From: an uncultured Planctomycetota bacterium
Lineage (GTDB): Bacteria > Planctomycetota > Planctomycetia > Isosphaerales > Isosphaeraceae
Length of the DNA stretch: 64,000 nucleotides
Direction: 5' to 3'
Assembly (NCBI GenBank): GCA_963737655.1
Contig: CAVTTN010000002.1
Location: 6,048,001-6,112,000, forward strand
The notes beneath the pieces are model-generated. The model had not been told where the DNA came from and searched no databases. It saw only the letters and a program-made list of their open reading frames with translations. A program made the translations under genes and the position numbers. This document shows, one piece after another, positions 1 to 9,228 of this stretch; the first letter of the stretch is position 1, and the number at the start of each line of letters is the position of its first letter.

Positions 1-460
1 GGAACCAGGTCTCGCCCTGTTTGAGCAATTCGATGCGCGATTCGTCGGTCTCCGAATTCAGCCGGGCCTGGACGAAACCGAGGAGGCGGGCGGCGAGCGG
101 GGGATCGACCTCGAATGCGCTGCCCATGTAGGCGTCGAAGCTGCGGGATCGGCCCTCGATGTAGTCCATCACGAACTCGTCGCCGCCCCTTCGCAGGAGC
201 TGCTCGGCCAGCTCGCTGACCCGGCCGTCGATGCACCAGGCTTCGGTCGAGAATTCGGTCTCGGCCCGGTAGAGGTCGCGGATCAGGAGGATGGGGGCGG
301 ATGCGGCATCGGCCTCAACGGCGTCGAGGACCGCCTCGCGGAAGACCTGGTTGCGGTCGGCGAAATCGTCGTCGTCGAGCCCGTTCCAGTCGAACCGGAT
401 TCGAGGCTCGTCGTCGGAAGTGTAGGCAGAGATGAAGGATCGGATCTCGGTTTCGTCCAC
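1..460 (-). CDS. Hypothetical protein, runs off the left window edge (absent from the ORF track)
   Basis: Manual translation from GTG at 460: MDETEIRSFISAYTSDDEPRIRFDWNGLDDDDFADRNQVFREAVL...LIRDLYRAETEFSTEAWCID... It stays open to base 1 with GC-rich third positions and starts 15 nt after the stop of the FGE gene. Confidence 0.7.
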   Translation of the reverse strand, partial: MDETEIRSFISAYTSDDEPRIRFDWNGLDDDDFADRNQVFREAVLDAVEADAASAPILLIRDLYRAETEFSTEAWCIDGRVSELAEQLLRRGGDEFVMDYIEGRSRSFDAYMGSAFEVDPPLAARLLGFVQARLNSETDESRIELLKQGETWF

Positions 461-475
461 GGGAACTCCGCTTTT

Positions 476-1667
476 TCAGGGTGTCTTGACGCACCGGAAC
501 CCGACGTGGTTGCTGGAGGTTCGGGCCTCGCCCTTGCCTCGGGTCCCGACCATGTAGCGGGTGCAGTATTGATCGGTGCAGAGGAACGAGCCGCCCCGGT
601 GGACTTTTTTCTTCTCGGTCGGCTCGGCCGGGTCGAAGGGGGAGTCGGGGCCCTGGGGGTTCTTCGCCACTCCGCCGCGATCGGCGAGCGATTGGTAATA
701 ATCTGGCCGATACCAGTCGCTCGTCCATTCCCAGGCGTTGCCGGCGACGTCGAAGAGGCCATAGCCGTTCGGGGGAAACTGGGCAACCGGGGCAAGGCCG
801 GAGAAACCATCCTCGGCGGTGTCGGTGACCGGGAACGGGCCCTGATAGGTGTTGGCCATGAACTTCCCACCCGGGTTCAGGTCGTCTCCCCAGGCATAAA
901 GTTTCCCGGCAAGGCCACCTCGGGCGGCAAACTCGAACTCCGCTTCCGTCGGCAAGCGTTTGCCCGCCCATTTCGCGAAGGCCGCGGCGTCCTCGAACGT
1001 GATGTGGACGACCGGGAAATTGGCGCGGCCTTTCAGGGTTGAATCCGGGCCGTCGGGATGCCTCCAGTCGGCGCCTTTTTCGTACCGCCACCAGCGGAAA
1101 TGATTATCCAGGGGCACGGGAGCGGCCGAGGGGGTGAAGACCGTGGAGCCGGCCACGAGGTTCTCGGGCGGGGCGTCGGGGAACTCCTCCTTCGTGGGGG
1201 CTTTCTCGGCGACCGTCACGTAACCGGTGGATTCGACAAACTTTGCGAACTGGGCATTGGTGACCTCGGTCCGGTCCATCCAGAAGCCATCGACGGAAAC
1301 CCGGTGGATCGGCCGGGCGTCGGGCATGGCGTCGGGGCCTCCGCAGAGGCTGGCGCGGGGGTCGTCGCTGCCCATCGAGAACTCGCCCCCGGGAATCCAG
1401 GCCATGCCCTCGGGCGCGGGCGTCGGGGCGGGCGGGATTCGGGACGGTCGGGCCGAACGGGGAGCGATCGGCGGCCGGCGCGGTCGCGGGAAGTGGTTTT
1501 TCCGAAGGGGTTTCCGTCCGAGGGACGAATACGAAGGCCGCGAGCAATCCAGCCGACACCCCGACCAGGCCGGCGGCGATCAGCCGCCAGAGGCGGGCCC
1601 GGGTCGGGGGTTCGGCCGGCGGGAAGGGAGACAGCCGTTTCTTAGATTTCGAAGCCACTCGGGTCAT
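476..1667 (-). CDS. Formylglycine-generating enzyme family (SUMF1/FGE-sulfatase) protein with N-terminal membrane anchor; apparent frameshift near 1430
   Basis: Motifs F-x-MG, TEVTN-x-QF, RLPTEAEFE, PNGYGLFDVAGNAWEW, RGGSFLC...YC and HVGFRC. The TM-containing N-terminus (LIAAGLVGVSAGLLAAFVFV) is in the neighbouring frame and joins through a Pro-rich stretch near 1430. Confidence 0.9.
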
Positions 1668-1999
1668 CCCAGCTTGGAAGGGGGCGAGGCCGACCCTCAT
1701 CTTGGCCGAGAAGGCCGGGCCTTGGCTATGGTCCAGGCCCAGACCGGGGTCGAGACCCGCCTCCGATCCCCGATCGGCCCGCTTCCTGGATTGCTCCAAA
1801 CCGCCTTTTCCGGCCGGGAATCTTGTGGGCGTGTGAAGAATCGGGGTGTAGAACGCTCGCCAGGGCCGTGAACTCGTCAGCGGTCCGCTCCTTCACAAAT
1901 CGGCCCGCAATGATGGTTTGCGTCGCGTTCTTTCGACGTCTCCTTGCCTGCGGGTCGGGTGGAAGGCTATGTTGAAGATATGGTAAAGGGCCCGTATCG

Positions 2000-2392
2000 A
2001 TGTTCGGAGCGTCGAAAAGTCCCCTCGATCGCACCCCGTATTCTCGCTCCCCGGAGAGTCGGCCGCTGAGCCTCCAGGAGTCCACTGGGGAGTATGTTTT
2101 CGTGGTGGATCTGGCGGAGACGATCCACGTCGCCCCCAACGTCCCCCACATGCATCCCCGGGTCCTGGGCCTGGCCCAGGACGCTCTGTACGCGGGCGAG
2201 CTTGCCATCGATGGCCCGGGTCATGTCCGGGAAGTCACGAATCTCAGCGGAACGTTTCCATTCGACAGCCAACAAGCGCTCTGCTGCGTGGCGAAGAATT
2301 TGCAAAACCTCGGATTTGTGTTGCCCGGCGGCGTGGTCCGGTGGTTTCCGCCGGATGGCTTGACCCGTCCCCTACCGCTTCGGTGTCTCTAG
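2000..2392 (+). CDS. Hypothetical protein, possible ADP-ribosyltransferase-like fold
   Basis: 130-aa ORF with the pattern YVFVVD...H...AGEL...EVTNLSGTFP. The fold assignment is inferred from motif recall only. Confidence 0.6.
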   Translation: MFGASKSPLDRTPYSRSPESRPLSLQESTGEYVFVVDLAETIHVAPNVPHMHPRVLGLAQDALYAGELAIDGPGHVREVTNLSGTFPFDSQQALCCVAKNLQNLGFVLPGGVVRWFPPDGLTRPLPLRCL

Positions 2393-2405
2393 AGGGGCCA
2401 TCCGC

Positions 2406-2861
2406 GTGCGTAAGCTCATCGCGGTCCTGGAACGAGACGCGGAGAGGGCCGGGCGGATGGCCTCGTGGCTCGACGATCGCCTTGCTATGTATGACAGATT
2501 CCTGGAACCGGACCCCGAAGCGGTGGTCGGGGCGATCGGTCCGAGGTTGGGGGACGTGCTGGTCCTCTGCCTGGGTCGCGAATCGCTGGGAGGGCCGAAC
2601 GGCGAGGCCCTTTTGACCGATTTCCTCCTGGCCCAGCCGGTGCGGTTCCCGATCCTGGTCCACTCCGAAGAGGGCCCCGGGCCGGGCGAGCGGATCGATC
2701 GATTGGGCCGGAAAGGCTGGACCCTGAAGACGATCGGGCCGATCCGGGGCGACGATTGGTTCGGGACGAGGTGGTATCCGGCGTTGAAGACGGCCCTGTA
2801 CGACCTGGCCGGGGCCGGACCCGCCCCGATCCTTCCCGGGACGGGCGGGGTGGTCGGGTGA
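2406..2861 (+). CDS. Degenerate receiver-like protein (paralog of the next gene)
   Basis: IAVLERDAER...ILVHS...GW...W-x4-W mirrors the layout of the downstream gene but lacks the SLDHDL motif. Its stop overlaps the next start (GTGA at 2858-2861). Confidence 0.65.
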   Translation: MRKLIAVLERDAERAGRMASWLDDRLAMYDRFLEPDPEAVVGAIGPRLGDVLVLCLGRESLGGPNGEALLTDFLLAQPVRFPILVHSEEGPGPGERIDRLGRKGWTLKTIGPIRGDDWFGTRWYPALKTALYDLAGAGPAPILPGTGGVVG

Positions 2862-3286
2862 TCGGCGGGGAGATCTTGATCCTTGAGGACGATGGCGACC
2901 GGGTCCGTCGCTTCGAGAAGGCCTTGCGCGCGATCGCCCCGGCTCTGCCGATTCGGTTCTGGCGAGACGCCCACGCGATGAGCCGCGAGCTGGGGGACCA
3001 CCTGGCCGAGGCTCGCCTGATCTCCCTGGACCACGACCTGGAGCCTTCTCCGGGCGACCCGCCGGACCTTGGCGATGGCCTCGGGGTCGCCCGATCCCTG
3101 GTCGCTCATCCCCAGCCCTGTCCCGTGATCATCCATAGCAGCAACACCTTGCGCTCCGGGTGGATGGCCGGCGAATTCGAGCTTGGGGGCTGGTCGTGCC
3201 GCCGAGTCCCGCCGATCGGCGAGCGATGGATCGAGGAACACTGGCGGGTCGTGGCCCGCGAACTGCTTCGGGGCGGCCTCGCCTGA
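2858..3286 (+). CDS. Cyclic-phosphate-processing receiver domain (cREC)-like protein
   Basis: ILILEDD-x2-R, ISLDHDL, GDG and IIHSSN are the signature of this stand-alone receiver family. The GTG start overlaps the upstream TGA. Confidence 0.8.
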   Translation: MIGGEILILEDDGDRVRRFEKALRAIAPALPIRFWRDAHAMSRELGDHLAEARLISLDHDLEPSPGDPPDLGDGLGVARSLVAHPQPCPVIIHSSNTLRSGWMAGEFELGGWSCRRVPPIGERWIEEHWRVVARELLRGGLA

Positions 3287-3575
3287 TCCCCTTCCCCGTG
3301 GCCCGAGGTTGCCTCGGCGGAAATCCATGGATGGGCTAGGCTTCGGCTCCTATCGAACGGCTCCGGAGCGGCGAGGGCGTGGCGTTTCGGCCCCAATGCT
3401 TGCATCTGATCCGGGCGATCCGGAGCGAGCGGTTCCAGATCGGCAACAATCGCGGGAAGATCAACGGTTGGGTCTCGGGCGGGGCGATTTTCGGGCGGTG
3501 CGTCCGGGTCGAGGACTGGCGAGGCGGTCGCGGTTCGGTCAGAATACCGGCCTCGATCCCGAGGGAGGCCCGACC

Positions 3576-4091
3576 ATGACCGACGACATCCCGAGCCTGT
3601 ATGCCTATCATCGATGGGCCGATGAGCGGATGATCGCCGCGTGCCGAGGATTGGCGCCGGAGGTCTATGCCGAGGCCGAGCCGTTCGAGGTCGGCTGGCC
3701 GTCGATCCGCTCGGTGGTGGTCCATCTGGCGTGGGCCGGCGACCTCTGGTCGCGGCGGTTCCGGGGAGAATCCTCGACCGCCCGGGTGGCCGAGACCGAC
3801 TGGCCGACCCTGGACGAGGCGGCGCAACGTCTTTTCGACAGCCATGATCGGTTCGCTCGCGAGATCCTTCCGACGATGACTCCGGAGCGGCTCGCCTCGG
3901 ACCTGGTGTATCGGAACATCCAGGACATCGAGTACCGCGTCCCCCGGTGGGCGGCGCTCCGGCATGTGGTCAATCATGGGACGTATCATCGAGGCCAGGT
4001 CGCCTCGAAGCTCAAGAGGCGGGGGATCACCCCGCCGGCCACCGACCTGGTCCTCTGGGCGTTCGAATGGACCCCTCAGCCGGGGGCGTGA
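3576..4091 (+). CDS. DinB family protein
   Basis: Y-H-RWAD, SIRSVVVHL and HVVNHGTYHRGQ motifs; GGAGG RBS upstream of ATG 3576. Confidence 0.92.
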   Translation: MTDDIPSLYAYHRWADERMIAACRGLAPEVYAEAEPFEVGWPSIRSVVVHLAWAGDLWSRRFRGESSTARVAETDWPTLDEAAQRLFDSHDRFAREILPTMTPERLASDLVYRNIQDIEYRVPRWAALRHVVNHGTYHRGQVASKLKRRGITPPATDLVLWAFEWTPQPGA

Positions 4092-4285
4092 CGCCTCGCG
4101 GGGCCTTCGGAAGCTTCGCGGAAGACACACGTTGCACCCGAGACGCCGCGAGCGGGTCGATTTCGGCTTTCTTTCGCCGACGGGGCGTTGAATCGCCCCT
4201 CGGGACGGACTAGCCTGGAGGGGGCCGCGTGGTCGCGGGCCCTCGATGGCTGCCCGCGCCTCTTCCCCGTTCCGGAGCCTCTCCC

Positions 4286-4948
4286 ATGCCCGGGCCAAGC
4301 GTCCCGTACCGCGAGATCGTCCGCGCCCAGGGCGTGGCGAGCGAGGCCGCGTTCGAGGACGGCGACGACCTCCGCCGCCTCCGCCAGATGGTCGATGCCG
4401 TGGACGGCGTGACCTGGAACCGGGCGGCGAAGCGGTATGAGATCGACCCCCGGCTGTTCGAGGCGGTCCACCCGTCGTATCGCCCCCTGATCGAGTCGGC
4501 CGTGGCGAGGGCGGGCTGCGACCCCCTGGTGATCGACGCCCATACCGAGGTCGTGCGGGCGCAGTCGGGCGAGGACCTGGGCAAGAAGGTGGAGGAGGCG
4601 CTCAAGGCCCTGAACGAGACGGCCGAGGTGGTCCAGAGGGTCCGCACCCTGATCGACGGGACGATCGCCACGAAGGCGACGTGGTGGGGCGTCCAGGTCG
4701 ACCTGAAGCAGGACGCGGCCTCGGCCCTGGCCGAGCTGGTCAGCAAGGACCTGAACATGATGTTGGCGGCGGTCTCGGCCTATTCGCCCCACGTGGCGCC
4801 GATCCTGGCCGTGACGCTGCCGGCCGGGTTCCTCCTGAAGGGCTGGATCGAGAAGGCCAATGGTCCGGCCGGGGTCCGCCTGGAGCTGATGTTCTGGATC
4901 CTGCCCTACGTCTCGGCCCTGCCGCCGGGTTCGCCGGCCTCCGTGTGA
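4286..4948 (+). CDS. Hypothetical protein with C-terminal WWG...GV-x-L...W hydrophobic domain
   Basis: Strong GC3 bias, GGAG upstream of ATG 4286, 220 aa; no family confidently recognised. Confidence 0.75.
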   Translation: MPGPSVPYREIVRAQGVASEAAFEDGDDLRRLRQMVDAVDGVTWNRAAKRYEIDPRLFEAVHPSYRPLIESAVARAGCDPLVIDAHTEVVRAQSGEDLGKKVEEALKALNETAEVVQRVRTLIDGTIATKATWWGVQVDLKQDAASALAELVSKDLNMMLAAVSAYSPHVAPILAVTLPAGFLLKGWIEKANGPAGVRLELMFWILPYVSALPPGSPASV

Positions 4949-5091
4949 GTCGGTCCGCGTCGGACCGCGTGGTGGTGCCCGCCATTCTGGCGGATCGGCT
5001 GCCGTTTTGGCGGATCGGCGGGCCGAGGCCGGCCGTTTAAACGACCCCGGCCCCGGGCCGATGGCCCCGAATCTCGTCGGAAGTCGATGCG

Positions 5092-6624
5092 ATGCCCGAA
5101 TCGTCCCGAATCCCGAATCTCGAGCCCGGCATGCTGATCCGGGTGATCGTCCGCGAGCTTCCCCGGCATGGCCAGGGGCTGGCCAGCCTGTGGCGGATCT
5201 TCACGGCCGATCCGGCGGTGGCGTCGGAGTCCTCCGGGCCGTCGGAGGTCTTCCGCTCCCGGGCCTCCGTGCGGTGCGAGGTGTCCCTGAACGACGAGCT
5301 GATCCACCTGCTGGGCAGGACCCATCGGTTCGTGGCCGTCCGCAAGGCGCCCCGGAGATATCTCGTGCCTTTGAGGCGTCCCGAGCTGGTTTCCCCGCAA
5401 TCGGCGACGGTTTCGGCCGGGCTCGATCGCCGGAAGCGGCTGGACGAGCAGTTCGAGGGCCGGGTGGACCGGCTGGTCCACGAGCTGGAGGCGCTCGGCC
5501 CGGTCGTCCGCAAGGAGACAGCCGGCCTGGAGTTAGCGATGGCCGCCGGGGGCGTCGAGGCCGAGCCGATCGTGGTCCGGGCCCTGCCGGCCTTGAACCT
5601 GATGCTGGTCTCCGGCCCCCCCCAGGCCGCCGAGATCCTGACCCGGCCGGGGGCGCCGTCGCCGGTGGACATCACCGAGATCAAGATCACCCTGCCCGAC
5701 GCCGGGAGCCCCCGGGGGCCGTCGCCCTCGACCGAGGCGGCCCTCGAACCCTGGCATCTTCGCAACCTCCCGGCGTTCGTGCCGATGGGCACCGGCCCCC
5801 GGCCCTCGGTCGGGATCGGGTTCGCCGACACGGGGATCTCCGGCGACGTGGTCGCGGCCGAATTCGCCGGCCGGGCCCCCCGGTTCGCCGAGTTCTCGTC
5901 CCGGGGGTCGAAGGTCGGGACCCTGCCCAAGGACGTCAGCGACGACGGCCACGGCTCCGGCGTCGTGACCCTGGCCGCCGGATCGCGCCGGGGGATCGCC
6001 CCCGACGCCTCGGTCGCCGTCGCCCAGTGCTTCCGCAAGGACCGGACGGCCGACCCCGAGCAGATCATCGAGGGCCTGAGCTGGCTGGTCGAGACCCTGG
6101 AGGCCCAGAACCCCCTGGGCCTGAACCTGATCAACTGCTCCTTCGGGATCGTCGGCGCGGCCGGAGTCGAGCCGACCGAGACGTTCCGGTCGATCGTCGA
6201 GACCCTCCTGGAGAGGCGGATCGGCCTGGTGGCCGCCGTGGGGAATTACGGGCCCGGCCAGATGGTCTGCCCCGGCAGCTACCCGGAGGTCATCGCCGTC
6301 GGCGCCCTTGACCGGGACGCGAAACTCTACGCAAACTGTTGTTATGGATACGGGCCGTCGGGACGCTACTTCAAGCCGGACTTCGTCGCCCCGGGCCAGG
6401 ACGTGGTCACGCTGGACGCCCGGGCCCGGCCCGTCCTTCGCGAGGGCACGTCCTTTGCATCTCCCCTGGTGGTGGGCCTCGCGGCCCGGGCCTTCCAGGC
6501 TCGTCCGGGTTTCGCGATCACTTCGGCCATCCAGGCCGATATTCGAGGGTGGCTCACGTCGCTCGGGACGCCCCTGCCGATCGGCCAGGCCCCCCACGGC
6601 GGGACCACCCGTCGGCTCCTGTGA
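5092..6624 (+). CDS. S8 family (subtilisin-like) serine peptidase with N-terminal prodomain and no signal peptide (start may be 5131)
   Basis: Catalytic motifs FADTG (Asp), DGHGS (His), AAVGN (oxyanion Asn) and GTSFASP (Ser); KPDFVAPG. Confidence 0.92.
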   Translation: MPESSRIPNLEPGMLIRVIVRELPRHGQGLASLWRIFTADPAVASESSGPSEVFRSRASVRCEVSLNDELIHLLGRTHRFVAVRKAPRRYLVPLRRPELVSPQSATVSAGLDRRKRLDEQFEGRVDRLVHELEALGPVVRKETAGLELAMAAGGVEAEPIVVRALPALNLMLVSGPPQAAEILTRPGAPSPVDITEIKITLPDAGSPRGPSPSTEAALEPWHLRNLPAFVPMGTGPRPSVGIGFADTGISGDVVAAEFAGRAPRFAEFSSRGSKVGTLPKDVSDDGHGSGVVTLAAGSRRGIAPDASVAVAQCFRKDRTADPEQIIEGLSWLVETLEAQNPLGLNLINCSFGIVGAAGVEPTETFRSIVETLLERRIGLVAAVGNYGPGQMVCPGSYPEVIAVGALDRDAKLYANCCYGYGPSGRYFKPDFVAPGQDVVTLDARARPVLREGTSFASPLVVGLAARAFQARPGFAITSAIQADIRGWLTSLGTPLPIGQAPHGGTTRRLL

Positions 6625-6809
6625 ACCCGGGTCGTCCGTCTCCGGTCGAATTTCGGTGTCTTTCGGGCGAACATGAGTTAGGATCGGCGTGAGGGAGGAA
6701 GGTCCCGTTGGTGGTTCCGGCCGGGGATGATAGGCTCGCGAGCGTCGCCACCCGATCCGGACCCGAGAGGGAGGGAGCGGCCTTTCGAAGGCCGCCCGAG
6801 GTCATCACG

Positions 6810-7094
6810 ATGGAAAACCAGAAGCTCATCCTCGAAGTCCTCGCCAGTTCCCCCGGCGCCGACGCCTCGCTCAAGGCCCGCGATTCCGCGGTCCGGCAGG
6901 CCAAGAGGGACGTCTGGGCCGAGGTCCACGCGATGTATCCCGGGCTGGAGGTCAGCGGCCTCAACTCGCTCTTCCCCGTGATGGTGATCTCCGGGCCCAG
7001 CGACCTCCTCCAGTCGATCCGCCACGGGATCATGGCCTGGCTGCCCAACCGCGTCCGCCGGGTCGAGTCCGCCTGGACGGCCAACCTCCTCTGA
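6810..7094 (+). CDS. Small protein resembling a subtilase propeptide/inhibitor-I9 domain
   Basis: 94 aa. LNSLFPVMVISGPSDLLQSI resembles the S8 prodomain segment LPALNLMLVSGPPQAAEIL. GAGG lies upstream of the ATG. Confidence 0.65.
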   Translation: MENQKLILEVLASSPGADASLKARDSAVRQAKRDVWAEVHAMYPGLEVSGLNSLFPVMVISGPSDLLQSIRHGIMAWLPNRVRRVESAWTANLL

Positions 7095-7577
7095 TCCCGC
7101 GACCGAGGAGCCTCCGGGCGAGGCGAAAACCGCCCCGTCTGGATCTCTGGGCGGTGAACGCACGATCAGGAAGCGCCCGCGTCCCGGGCGGACCGCGTCG
7201 CCCCTTGCCGCCAGGGCGGTTCACTCTCGGATCGCGCACGCCGGTTCTTCGTAGGGCAGGCCTCGGCCTGCCGTCCCCACGGATCGGCAGGCCGAGGCCT
7301 GCCTTACGTGTGTGCGACCCGAGAGTGATCCGCTGGAGGGCGGGCCTGGCTCGGAATCCCGGGGATGGGGTTTCACGATCGCTTCGATTCCCCAGGTTCG
7401 AGGACCGGGGAATCGAGGCGACGAGCCGATCTCCGGAATCCGGAGTCACACCCCCAGCCCTCCAATTCTCCCGATTCTCGCCTCCCCTTCGTGCCGATAT
7501 GGTATTAAAATGGGTAGGCTGAACAGGAAGGGCGGGATGATACCACGCCCGGAGATATGTGGGGGGCGAGCGATCCG

Positions 7578-8618
7578 ATGGCCGAGACTGCCGACCTCTC
7601 GTGGGACGAGGCCCATCATGCCCTGGTCCCCCTGATGCGCGCCGACAACCGGACGAACCTCAAGTTCATCGCCGGCGAGTACCTGGGGCTGGTCGTCTCC
7701 CTGGGCCTGTCTTCCTGGGCCTATCTGGCCTGGTCCGGCGGGCGGCTCCCCCTGCTCGGGTTCCTGCCCGTGGCGGCGGTGGGGATCGTGGCCATCGCCG
7801 CGTTCCAGCATCGGCTCTCGGGCCTGGCCCACGACGCCAGCCACTACACGCTGTTCCGCAACAAGCTGGCGAACGAATTGGCCAGTGATCTCCTGTTGAT
7901 GTTCCCGCTGATGGCGATGACCCAGAAGTTCCGCAACACCCACAGCGGCCATCATCGGTTCGTGAACGACCCCCAACGTGACCCGGACCTCCGCCGGCTC
8001 CAGGGGGACGAGGACCACCCGTTCCCGATGCCCAAGCCCCGCTTCTGGTTCCGTTACGTGGTCAAGGGCCTCTGGCTACCCTCCCTCTGGGCCTATCTCT
8101 ACGGCCAGGCCCACAACGCCAACGCCGGATCGGGCGACGACACCCCCGAGATCCGCGCGGTCTATCGCTTCCGGATCGGCCGGATGATGCGAGGGTGCTA
8201 CTGGCTGAGCGTCCTGACGATCGTTCATGCGTTGCATGCCTGGCCGATCTTCTTGCTGTTCTGGGTGGTCCCGTTGCTCACGGCGTATCCCATCTTCATG
8301 CAGTTGCGGGAGATCGCCCATCACTCCAACGCCCCGGACGACGGCGACCTGACGAACTCTCGGGTGTTTCGCGTGAATCCGCTCCTGAACGCCTGCGTGT
8401 TCCCCTACGGGCAGGACTTCCACGTCACCCACCACCTCTTCGCCATGCTCCCGCACTACCGGATGGCCGAGGCCCACGAGATCCTCCGGCGCTATCCCCC
8501 GTACCGGGAACAGGTCGTGGTCTGCCGGGGCTACTTCTTCCGGACGATCGGCACCGCCGGCCCGTCGGTCCTGGACGTGCTCTCGAAGGCCCCGGGCCCG
8601 GTGTCGGCGGAAGTTTGA
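7578..8618 (+). CDS. Membrane fatty acid desaturase family protein
   Basis: Three His boxes (HDASH, HSGHH, HVTHH) plus hydrophobic segments. Confidence 0.92.
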   Translation: MAETADLSWDEAHHALVPLMRADNRTNLKFIAGEYLGLVVSLGLSSWAYLAWSGGRLPLLGFLPVAAVGIVAIAAFQHRLSGLAHDASHYTLFRNKLANELASDLLLMFPLMAMTQKFRNTHSGHHRFVNDPQRDPDLRRLQGDEDHPFPMPKPRFWFRYVVKGLWLPSLWAYLYGQAHNANAGSGDDTPEIRAVYRFRIGRMMRGCYWLSVLTIVHALHAWPIFLLFWVVPLLTAYPIFMQLREIAHHSNAPDDGDLTNSRVFRVNPLLNACVFPYGQDFHVTHHLFAMLPHYRMAEAHEILRRYPPYREQVVVCRGYFFRTIGTAGPSVLDVLSKAPGPVSAEV

Positions 8619-9043
8619 ACGTGTCTTGAAGCGACGACATGGAGACGCCCCCGCCCGATCGGGCCGAAGTTCGACGACGAGGGCCGACGCCGCCCCTCTC
8701 TCCCCCTCATCCCAGACCATCGGGACCGACCCCCCGGGCCGATCGCTCGATCGGCGGGAGGGGCTGCGCGTGACATCTTAATGTCACGAAGAATTCACGA
8801 CAGGCCCATGACACTCCGGCCGCTCGCCGGAGGACGGACCCCAGGGCCAAATCCGGGCGTTCGGCGGGTGGATGGGCGTGCGTGGGCCGCGACGCAAGTC
8901 TTTTGGTGTTGACCGGTTTCGCCAAACCGAGCAAAGTATTGACGTGTGCGGTGTCTTGTGCGCGCATCGGTCGTTGCCATCACGAAACGCCTTGTTTTCC
9001 GGGCGATTTCGCACTTTTTACGCGAAAAGTGTTGTCCACTTCG

Positions 9044-9123
9044 GGGAAAATGGTGTCGGATCACATTTCGGGCAGGAAATGTGATCCGACACCATTTTCC
9101 CGCCGTGATCTGACACCATTTTC
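9044..9123. repeat. Perfect 26-bp inverted repeat plus a third partial copy (REP-like)
   Basis: GGGAAAATGGTGTCGGATCACATTTC (9044-9069), a 6-nt loop, then GAAATGTGATCCGACACCATTTTCCC (9076-9101), then GTGATCTGACACCATTTTC (9105-9123). Confidence 0.9.
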
Positions 9124-9228
9124 GGCATTTCGAGGAATGGCCGGGGTCGTCGAGCGTAAGAGAGGGGAGCACAGGACGCCGCGCCGGGCCCTCCGCGATG
9201 GGCCGATCGGACAGAAAGGCCGCCGCCG

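Noticed and set aside
3290..3570. 66-aa ORF (3379-3579) or riboswitch upstream of DinB
   Set aside because: Weak codon bias, no RBS and no recognisable riboswitch consensus.
4286..4948. Bacterial gasdermin next to a protease
   Set aside because: No N-terminal Cys or gasdermin-like beta-strand pattern; the protein looks mostly helical. It is kept as an unknown effector candidate instead.
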